64,000 nucleotides of DNA from Patescibacteria group bacterium (GTDB lineage: Bacteria > Patescibacteriota > Patescibacteriia > UM-FILTER-42-10), in NCBI GenBank assembly GCA_041666845.1, contig JBAYGC010000004.1, positions 7,965-71,964 on the forward strand. The letters are read 5' to 3'. Both the position numbers and the translations under genes were made by a program. Under the pieces are notes generated by a model. That model searched no databases. It worked only from the letters and a program-made list of their open reading frames with translations, and was not told the DNA's origin. Below are positions 57,174 through 64,000 of this stretch, piece after piece; positions within the stretch are counted from its first letter, which is position 1; every line of letters begins with the position of its first letter.

Positions 57174-58466
57174 ATGTTGGTAATCTTCTTGAAAGGTTTG
57201 ATCTACCTGAAGAAAGTGATTTTCTTTTTGGGAAAATATCTGATAGTAATCCCTGTTCAAAAAATAGCAAGTTTTATATTTTATTTCCTGATTGTCCGGA
57301 TGTATAAGATATATTTGACAATCAAATCACAGTTGGGTTCAATTTACCGTCCGGCAAAAGGAAAATTGCTTTATTCTTTCTCAACCAGGTATGTCGTGCA
57401 TGCGCTGATAATCCTATTAACAATTATTGTCACAACCAGCAATTTAAATGCCAAGGAGCTAAACTCGGAAGTCGGACAAAATAATATCCTATCAACCCTT
57501 GTTCATCCACAGGGCGAAGAGCTGTACGTTGAGACCTCTGAAACCAACATTGATAATAATTCAATCTTCGCGCAGTCTAGCGGAAGTGTTACCAGTTCAG
57601 GAGGTATTGGTGGCAATACTGTGACAATCGGCGATAACACTACTATTACTGCGGAAGGGGCGATTATTAAACCGAATTTAATTGCCACAACGATTGGTGA
57701 CCGTGTTCGTGAATCAGTAATTTATCATGACGTCCAGGGCGGAGAAACAGTTAGCGACATTGCGGCTTTATATAGTGTTTCTACTAATACAATATTATGG
57801 GAAAATAAACTTGGTGCCCGAGATTTTATCAAACCCGGACAAAGATTAACCATTCTTCCGGTATCCGGAATTTCTTATCAAGTTAAATCCGGAGATACTC
57901 TGGACAAAATAGCAGAAAAATACGGAGCAAAGGCAGATGAAATAGTTGAATACAACCAGTTGGCTTCCGCTGAAGCAATTTCCAAAGATCAGATTATCAT
58001 ATTGCCCGGCGGAGTGCCGCCGGCACCACCGGCGCCTGTTGTACAGCCAACATCCCGCTTCGCTTCTGTTTCCGATTTCTTCGTGCCGGATGATGCGACA
58101 CCGACATATGGCACAAAACTACAATGGCCGACACCCAGTCACAGGATCAACCAATATTATGGCTGGCGACATACAGGACTGGACATTGACGGTACTACTG
58201 CTTCTCCAAACTATGCTGCTGACACAGGGCGTGTTATCTACGCCGGCTGGTCGGGCGGATACGGACTGATGGTGAAGATTGATCATGGCAACGGTATGCA
58301 GACACTCTATGGCCATTTCAGCAAAATAGCCGTCAGCGTCGGTGACAACGTCACTAGGGGTCAAACACTGGGTATGATGGGTTGTACGGGTTGGTGTACA
58401 GGAAATCATTTACACTTCGAAGTGATTGTAAACGGTAAGAAACAGAACCCATTAAGTTATTTATAA
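57174..58466 (+). CDS. Membrane-anchored LysM-LysM-M23 peptidoglycan metallo-endopeptidase
   Basis: Two LysM-like segments (YHDVQGGETVSDIAALY…, YQVKSGDTLDKIAEKYG…). M23 motifs (HTGLDIDG, GHFSKI, GNHLHFEV). The true start is probably an internal Met. Confidence 0.75.
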   Translation: MLVIFLKGLIYLKKVIFFLGKYLIVIPVQKIASFIFYFLIVRMYKIYLTIKSQLGSIYRPAKGKLLYSFSTRYVVHALIILLTIIVTTSNLNAKELNSEVGQNNILSTLVHPQGEELYVETSETNIDNNSIFAQSSGSVTSSGGIGGNTVTIGDNTTITAEGAIIKPNLIATTIGDRVRESVIYHDVQGGETVSDIAALYSVSTNTILWENKLGARDFIKPGQRLTILPVSGISYQVKSGDTLDKIAEKYGAKADEIVEYNQLASAEAISKDQIIILPGGVPPAPPAPVVQPTSRFASVSDFFVPDDATPTYGTKLQWPTPSHRINQYYGWRHTGLDIDGTTASPNYAADTGRVIYAGWSGGYGLMVKIDHGNGMQTLYGHFSKIAVSVGDNVTRGQTLGMMGCTGWCTGNHLHFEVIVNGKKQNPLSYL

Positions 58467-58474
58467 ACAAAAAA

Positions 58475-58503
58475 GGCTTGATTGCGTAATTGAGCCTTTT
58501 TTA
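58475..58503 (+). terminator. Rho-independent terminator (ggcttgatt gcgt aattgagcc + T-run)
   Basis: 9-bp stem including two G-U pairs, followed by ttttttatt. Confidence 0.55.
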
Positions 58504-58533
58504 TTATTTTTAAAATGATATAATAGATCCGCT

Positions 58534-59196
58534 ATGGGAAATTTATATACTATTGCCACACCAATTGGAAACTTAGAGGATATTACTCTAAGAGCCCTTA
58601 AAACGCTCAAAGAGGTGGATCTTATCGCATGTGAAGACACCAGGCACACATTGATACTATTGAATCATTTTGAAATCAACAAACCTCTGATTAGCTATCA
58701 CCAGCACAGTAAAATATCCAAAATAGATTACCTGATCGGGGAATTGAAGGCGGGTAAAAATGTTGCGGTAGTTACTGACGCTGGTACACCCGGTATATCC
58801 GATCCCGGACAGGTTTTAATAAATAAAGCCATAGAAAATAATATTTCTGTAATACCAATTCCAGGCCCGTCTGCGGTTATTACAGCGCTCTCCGCAGCTG
58901 GTGTACCAACCGATTCATTTGTATATTTAGGATTTCTTCCCCATAAAAAAGGAAGGAAAACAATACTAGATTCTTTTGAAAATGAAAAAAGAACAATTGT
59001 TTTTTATGAATCAACGCACCGTATCGAAAAACTGCTTGGAGAATTAATAAACATCCTTGGAGATAGAAAAATTGTAATTGCTCGTGAATTGACCAAAATT
59101 TATGAAGAATTCTTAAGAGGTACTGTTACTGAAGTGCAGGAAAATTTAAAAGTCACTAAAGGTGAGTTTGTGGTAATTATCAGCGCCATTAAGTAA
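58534..59196 (+). CDS. rsmI: 16S rRNA (cytidine1402-2'-O)-methyltransferase RsmI (tetrapyrrole-methylase fold)
   Basis: MGNLYTIATPIGNLEDITLRALKTL…LIACEDTRHT N-terminal signature. An extended -10 (tgatataat) lies at 58516-58524. Confidence 0.8.
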   Translation: MGNLYTIATPIGNLEDITLRALKTLKEVDLIACEDTRHTLILLNHFEINKPLISYHQHSKISKIDYLIGELKAGKNVAVVTDAGTPGISDPGQVLINKAIENNISVIPIPGPSAVITALSAAGVPTDSFVYLGFLPHKKGRKTILDSFENEKRTIVFYESTHRIEKLLGELINILGDRKIVIARELTKIYEEFLRGTVTEVQENLKVTKGEFVVIISAIK

Positions 59197-59249
59197 TAGC
59201 CATCCCTCTGTCTATTTGTCATTCCCGACCTGATTGGGAATGACCTAAC

Positions 59250-59282
59250 AAAAAAGAGCTGTGATCTACACAGCTCTTTTCT
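59250..59282. terminator. Bidirectional rho-independent terminator (agagctgtg atcta cacagctct flanked by A6 and T5)
   Basis: Perfect 9-bp stem between convergent genes. Preceded by a second 8-bp hairpin, tcattccc…gggaatga, at 59219-59243. Confidence 0.65.
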
Positions 59283-59292
59283 ATTTTATAAA

Positions 59293-60024
59293 CTAGAAAT
59301 TTGTCCCGGGCGCAGTAATCATTCCCGCGCCAAAATCATTAACCATCAGTTTGCTCGGGTCCATACTGACCATGATTGGTGTCGAGGCCGTGGTTCCATC
59401 CTTATAAGTAACTACTATGTTGAATGATAACGTACGGTTTATCGAAGCCGGTGTATGGTTAGCATACTGCAGTATATTGCTTGAATTGTGTGAGCCCATA
59501 GTCTCAAGGATATCATCTTCGTTGTACGTCACGCCCGGACGGCATTCGATACGCACCTCCACTGCTGATATTTGTGTTTGACTGCTACTGATCCAAGTAC
59601 CAAGATTCGGTGTATTGGAAACTGTCTCGCAACTGCCCATGGCACTCATATTATTTATACTGACATTCTCCGCGGCTACGGCAGACGCTTCATTAGTTGT
59701 TTTTACTGACGCGTGCCCGAGCATATAGTAACCCGGCTCATGGATTTTTGTTGTGGAAAATTCCATAGCACTAACAGTTGCGTATGTTGAATCAACTGTT
59801 GCATATTTTCCTGTTGCCGGTTTTTTATTACCTTCTGAAACGGTCGAGTTCATATTAGCCGACTGATTTACATTAATTGCAGAATTTGTATTTGAGATAT
59901 TAGTATTATAATCATCTCCGGCACCCTGAGATAAAAAATACCAGGTTAAACCACCACCAATAATTACTACCCCGGCAATAATAGCTATCAATGCTACTGT
60001 GACAATCCCTTTCTGGTTATTCAT
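59293..60024 (-). CDS. Membrane-anchored N/T-rich secreted protein (paralog family with next two genes)
   Basis: N-terminal TM (IVTVALIAIIAGVVIIGGG) and an Asn-rich low-complexity linker. Confidence 0.5.
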   Translation of the reverse strand: MNNQKGIVTVALIAIIAGVVIIGGGLTWYFLSQGAGDDYNTNISNTNSAINVNQSANMNSTVSEGNKKPATGKYATVDSTYATVSAMEFSTTKIHEPGYYMLGHASVKTTNEASAVAAENVSINNMSAMGSCETVSNTPNLGTWISSSQTQISAVEVRIECRPGVTYNEDDILETMGSHNSSNILQYANHTPASINRTLSFNIVVTYKDGTTASTPIMVSMDPSKLMVNDFGAGMITAPGTNF

Positions 60025-60060
60025 ATTATTTTGACTGATAATTTTAATTAAATATGTGAC

Positions 60061-61317
60061 TTAATCAGTGAATTGGAAAGTAGAAATCATATCCTCAAAA
60101 ATCTCCGTATACGAACCTTGAAATTCATCTTCAGGAATATACTGGACTATGCTGTATAGTCTCCCATCTTTTAGCATATATAATCGGTTGTTGTAAGCGC
60201 CAAAAACATCTTCACCGGTCTGCCGGATCGCTGCAATGCCGTCAACAGTCACATTGTTTTGCGTTATCACCGTAGAGTCCCCGTTAATATTAGCAACCGC
60301 TTCCGTAACCGTTGCTGCGGTATTTCCTCCCCACCAAATCTCAACTTTACTGCCCTGCATCATTTCTGTCGCCACTTCCTGAGCCAGCGCGCGCTCATCC
60401 ATAAACATCACCGGATTGCCAGAGCTTAAGTCCAGCTCCCAAGTATCCGGGTAATCAATGGAAAACGCGGGTGCTTGGTTGGTATAAGTTTGCCAGCCAC
60501 TTGTCATCGTAGTATCTGAAGTGAATTGGAATGTGGAAACAAAACTGTTATATAGTGCCTCACGTTCAGATGAAAATTCAGGTGATAATTGATTGCCTGT
60601 ACTGATTTGGTAAAAAATATCATCAGTAATGAACATAGTGTTTGCTCCAACAACCTTTTCATTTCCGCTGCTATCTTTAACTATATTCATAAATACAAAT
60701 GCCCGTTCCCCATTTATTGTTTTTTCTTCATAAGTAGCATCCTCGCTAATATATTTTGGCATATTACTTGCAAGTACATCTTCGAGACTCTCAACACCGG
60801 CGGAATTGTCTGATGTATTGACTCTAACTACCATGTCGTTACCTATTTGGAAGTCTACAATATAACCAAGGTCATCAGAACCACTAATTCCACTTCCCAA
60901 CTCACTATAGCTCCCATTTGCTGGATATTTAACTTTATAATTATATCTATCACTTACATATAACTCCCACTCCGCAGTCACCGCAAAAGTATTGGTATTA
61001 AGTGCTGTGTTGGTATTTGAATGTGGATTAAATCCACTATTTGTATTAGCCGAAGTATTTGTATTGGTAATCACTTCCGTGAACGTCTTTCCGCCCGCCG
61101 CGCATTGTCTGGGATAACTTTCCATTACTGGATAGCCGGCGGCCTCACATTCAGCAAAAGAATTTATTGTAACTACTGTGTTGGTATTTGAAGTATTGGT
61201 ATTTGCATTGTCGGAACGCCCGAATATTAACCACCACGCACCTAAAAAAATAACTGCAGCCCCGACAAACGCCGAAATTGCAATGATTAAATGAGTAAAT
61301 TTATTTTGATTAATCAT
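60061..61317 (-). CDS. Membrane-anchored N/T-rich secreted protein
   Basis: N-terminal TM and TNTNTS-type low-complexity repeats. 418 aa. Confidence 0.5.
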   Translation of the reverse strand: MINQNKFTHLIIAISAFVGAAVIFLGAWWLIFGRSDNANTNTSNTNTVVTINSFAECEAAGYPVMESYPRQCAAGGKTFTEVITNTNTSANTNSGFNPHSNTNTALNTNTFAVTAEWELYVSDRYNYKVKYPANGSYSELGSGISGSDDLGYIVDFQIGNDMVVRVNTSDNSAGVESLEDVLASNMPKYISEDATYEEKTINGERAFVFMNIVKDSSGNEKVVGANTMFITDDIFYQISTGNQLSPEFSSEREALYNSFVSTFQFTSDTTMTSGWQTYTNQAPAFSIDYPDTWELDLSSGNPVMFMDERALAQEVATEMMQGSKVEIWWGGNTAATVTEAVANINGDSTVITQNNVTVDGIAAIRQTGEDVFGAYNNRLYMLKDGRLYSIVQYIPEDEFQGSYTEIFEDMISTFQFTD

Positions 61318-61327
61318 ATCATTCGAG

Positions 61328-62050
61328 TTAGTTATTTTTTAATTGAAATGAATTATAAAAAGTTTCAAATTCCAGATTGCGGCTGGCACCGTCATTGATC
61401 GCATAGAGCGTGTCACCATCCTCAAAGAATATTTGTACGTGTCTCCAGCCTGTTATCGTATCCGTCGTTACAGTAGCTCTGGTCGCCTGCTTGCCGGCAA
61501 CTGTAATTCTTTCTCTTATCTCCCTGCGGTCCGAAAACTGACTGCCCATTTTAGCAATTAATTCATCCATTTCGGTTGAAGCGGTACTATAAAGCAGAAC
61601 AGACCAGATATTATCACCTTCTACCTCCGGTGATGAAAATGTGACAGTCTCCAAAGCAAGGTCTGATCCGGATATGTCTGTGTGCATTTCCCAACCACTG
61701 GGATATTGCACAGTAAATTTTTGATGTTCATATAACTGCCTTTCTTCATTCTGGACGTTTGTGTTTGCAGTCACATTAATATTAGACGCACTCTTTATTT
61801 TAATACAACTGCACTGGCATTCGCCGTTGACTAGCCGATAATTACTGCTCGTACCTGCCGAACAGATCTGCTCCTCCTGACATTTACCGATGCATGCGGT
61901 AATAATATTATTTGAAGGATCTAGATCACCACCGACGTATGTATTAAAATACCAAAAAATTCCGTACGCCAAGCCGGCAATCAATGTAATCATTATCATA
62001 GCAATTGATAATGTCAGAATGATGTGAATATAATTTGTGCTTCCCTTCAT
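61328..62050 (-). CDS. Membrane-anchored Cys-rich secreted protein
   Basis: N-terminal TM and a Cys cluster (CIGKCQEEQICSAG…CQCSC). Confidence 0.5.
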   Translation of the reverse strand: MKGSTNYIHIILTLSIAMIMITLIAGLAYGIFWYFNTYVGGDLDPSNNIITACIGKCQEEQICSAGTSSNYRLVNGECQCSCIKIKSASNINVTANTNVQNEERQLYEHQKFTVQYPSGWEMHTDISGSDLALETVTFSSPEVEGDNIWSVLLYSTASTEMDELIAKMGSQFSDRREIRERITVAGKQATRATVTTDTITGWRHVQIFFEDGDTLYAINDGASRNLEFETFYNSFQLKNN

Positions 62051-62147
62051 ATTTTATGGTAAATATACTACTATAGTATATACCATTTTGTGTTTTTATT
62101 ATAGATTTATGATTAAAGATTAAAGATATTTCCATAAATCTTAAAAC

Positions 62148-63668
62148 TTATAACTTTAATCTGTACTGAAGCGCCTCGGCAATGTGCTGGGTTTGGATTT
62201 TCTCCACCTGTTCTATATCGGCAATTGTTCTGGCTACTTTCAGTACCCGATAATACGCCCGGGCTGACAGGGGGAATTTTTCCACTGCTTGCTTTAACAA
62301 TGCCTGAGCCTCTTTACCCACCCGGCAGTAACAGTTGATCTCCTTTTGTGTCATCTCAGAATTTTCCAAAAGTCCGACCGGTTTTAAGCGATCAATTTGG
62401 ATTAACCGTGCTTTTTTTACTTTTTTTCTAATCTCGATTGTTTCTGAAAGCGTTCCCGGTTCTTTAACCAGTTCTGAAAATTCAATCCTGGCAACTTCGA
62501 CATGCAAATCCATCCTATCAAGCAATGGTCCGGATACTCTTTTTTGGTAATTAATTATTTGGTTGGGTGCGCACCGACACTCCTTTTTCGGGTCGGAAAG
62601 ATAACCGCATGGGCAAGGATTAGCTGCGGTGATCAGCATGAACTTAGCAGGAAACTGAATTGTACTGGACACTCTGGCCACCATTACTTGCCCATCCTCC
62701 AAAGGCTGGCGAAGACTCTCTAAAACAATCCGCGGGAATTCCGGTAACTCGTCCAAAAACAACACCCCGCGGTGCGCCAAAGATATTTCGCCCGGCTTTG
62801 GAGTTCTGCCGCCGCCGATCAGTGCGGCGGCAGATGCGGTATGGTGTGGTGATCTGAACGGTCTTTTGGTAATCAGTGCCCCGCCTTTAGCCAGCAATTT
62901 GGCAACACTGTAAATTTTAGTAACTTCAAACATTTCCGGTGTTTCCAGTTCCGGAAGAATTGAAAGGATACTTCTGGCCAACATCGTTTTGCCAGTGCCG
63001 GGAGGACCGGTCATAAAGAGATTGTGCCCGCCGGCCGCAGCAATCACCAGCGCCCGTTTGGCAAATTCCTGACCTTTCACTTGAGAAAAAGTTTCATCAA
63101 TATTACCATCATCAGTCTGCTTTGTAATACGATACAGCGTTGGAGTTATTAGCCGGACATTATTTAAATGATCAACAAGCTGCATTAAGCTTGAAACAGC
63201 GAACACTTTTACGCCGGAGATGACCCGTGCTTCCTCTATGTTTTCAGCGGGTAAAAATATGTTTCTGATATGATTTTGTTTCGCCATCATAACGACAGAT
63301 AATACCCCACTCACCTTCCGTACCGTTCCATCCAAAGCAAGCTCCCCAATGAATATTGATTTCTCTTTTGGTAAGTTTATATCAACACCCCGCGTTGCCA
63401 TATATATCCCCAATGCTATCGGCAAGTCAAACGATGAACCTTCTTTTTTCAGATCGGCAGGTGCCAAATTTACCGTTACCCTGGTTCTGGGAAATGGCAG
63501 GCCACTATTAATGATCGCCGAGCGAACCCTGATCTTGGCTTCCTGTACAGCAGTATCCGGTAACCCCACCACAATCATATTGGGCAGGCCAGGCGCGACA
63601 TCCGCTTCCACTTCAATAATTTGGCTTTCGATACCGACTAAAGCGGCGGAGTATAGTTTTGAAGGCAT
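62148..63668 (-). CDS. comM: YifB/ComM-family Mg-chelatase-like AAA+ ATPase
   Basis: N-terminal MPSKLYSAALVGIESQIIEVEADVAPGLP…VGLPDTAVQEAKIRV matches the ComM N-domain. Walker A TGPPGTGKT. Confidence 0.8.
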   Translation of the reverse strand: MPSKLYSAALVGIESQIIEVEADVAPGLPNMIVVGLPDTAVQEAKIRVRSAIINSGLPFPRTRVTVNLAPADLKKEGSSFDLPIALGIYMATRGVDINLPKEKSIFIGELALDGTVRKVSGVLSVVMMAKQNHIRNIFLPAENIEEARVISGVKVFAVSSLMQLVDHLNNVRLITPTLYRITKQTDDGNIDETFSQVKGQEFAKRALVIAAAGGHNLFMTGPPGTGKTMLARSILSILPELETPEMFEVTKIYSVAKLLAKGGALITKRPFRSPHHTASAAALIGGGRTPKPGEISLAHRGVLFLDELPEFPRIVLESLRQPLEDGQVMVARVSSTIQFPAKFMLITAANPCPCGYLSDPKKECRCAPNQIINYQKRVSGPLLDRMDLHVEVARIEFSELVKEPGTLSETIEIRKKVKKARLIQIDRLKPVGLLENSEMTQKEINCYCRVGKEAQALLKQAVEKFPLSARAYYRVLKVARTIADIEQVEKIQTQHIAEALQYRLKL

Positions 63669-63724
63669 GGGTCTTTTGGTAATTGGTTATTTCGTAATTG
63701 GTAATTGTCAAAATGTACTCCTCG

Positions 63725-64000
63725 CTATATTTTCTGCCTATCAATAGATCGAATTAGACCATTAATAAGCATCCCGACTTGATTACATTTACAGATTAAA
63801 GTGTTGGACTCTACTTCATTGATATAATCCAAACTCACAGCAAGTATCAAATAATTATGAACCTCAGCCAATGATCCTCTGGCAATATAGTAAATGCGTA
63901 CTTTGTCCCTGAAATGATAACGTGCAAATCCCTCAGCTATGTTTGCGGGAGCAGAAAGAGAAGCTCTTCTTAGCTGACTAATGATTCCAAAGGTTTCTTC
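63725..64000 (-). CDS. Partial four-helix-bundle (23S rRNA intervening-sequence-type) protein, 5' end beyond window
   Basis: The reverse complement translates to …RSSLSAPANIAEGFARYHFRDKVRIYYIARGSLAEVHNYLILAV…, a motif typical of the TIGR02436 family. Stop (rc TAG) at 63725-63727. Confidence 0.5.
   Translation of the reverse strand, partial: EETFGIISQLRRASLSAPANIAEGFARYHFRDKVRIYYIARGSLAEVHNYLILAVSLDYINEVESNTLICKCNQVGMLINGLIRSIDRQKI

Noticed and set aside
1-64000. CRISPR arrays, rRNA genes, transposases/integrases
   Set aside because: No short regularly spaced direct repeats, no rRNA-like GC blocks and no DDE/tyrosine-recombinase motifs were seen on reading the window. The only long repeats are the two cassette copies.

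Overview
This 64-kb window is AT-rich (about 35% GC), is densely coded mostly on the minus strand, and its native genes largely lack Shine-Dalgarno sequences. The gene content looks like a CPR/Patescibacteria-type genome: giant Cys-rich surface proteins, a type IV pilin, a VirB4-centred T4SS-like module, and split or streamlined housekeeping genes. From start to end the window holds the following.

- **T4SS-like operon (1-7.8 kb).** It runs TrbC/VirB2-like partial ORF, two membrane proteins, a VirB4 split into separate C-terminal ATPase and N-terminal domain ORFs, a VirB3-like protein, and a coiled-coil protein. A standalone PPDK_N-type ATP-grasp gene is translationally coupled at its head.
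- **Two GC-rich direct-repeat cassettes (~7.3-8.9 kb and ~12.2-13.3 kb).** Each has a perfect consensus sigma70 promoter, a ~190-nt conserved leader, an AAGGAG ribosome-binding site, a ~62% GC ORF of 215-217 aa of unknown function, and an identical terminator. They bracket a module of two paralogous small TM proteins, a GAF-PAS histidine kinase and a CheY-like receiver. The second cassette carries a relic of the PPDK_N gene.
- **PEP-utilizer / PRTase array (13.4-33.4 kb).** It begins with an RHG histidine-phosphatase gene. Seven tandem paralogs then each end in a PEP-utilizing-enzyme phosphohistidine (swivel) domain, but carry divergent ~350-aa N-terminal domains and lack their own ATP-grasp or PEP-binding domains. 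Five tandem OPRT-like phosphoribosyltransferases share a W-rich C-terminal tail. The array is interrupted by a surface-protein cluster (pilin, FN3/FG-GAP, LamG) and a tRNA-Arg(CCG).
- **Third GC-rich island (33.7-34.5 kb).** It encodes a LOG/SLOG-like Rossmann protein plus a 43-aa double-TM peptide, is driven by a consensus promoter with an operator-like palindrome, and is followed by an APH-like kinase.
- **Surface and housekeeping genes (35.8-64 kb).** A 1220-aa polytopic membrane protein and a 3114-aa PA14/PKD giant secreted protein come first. They are followed by KsgA, YrdC/TsaC, an MFS transporter, a LysM-M23 peptidase, RsmI, three N-rich secreted paralogs, YifB/ComM, and a partial four-helix-bundle gene at the window end.
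- **LeuRS with a domain insertion.** A leucyl-tRNA synthetase carries a ~190-aa alpha/beta-hydrolase (YdeN-like, GxSxG = HSLGA) domain inserted just before its CP1 editing domain.

The strongest candidates for novel biology are (i) the split, combinatorial PEP-utilizer/ATP-grasp/PRTase/phosphatase paralog system, (ii) the duplicated foreign GC-rich promoter-leader-ORF-terminator cassettes, and (iii) the LeuRS-embedded hydrolase domain.
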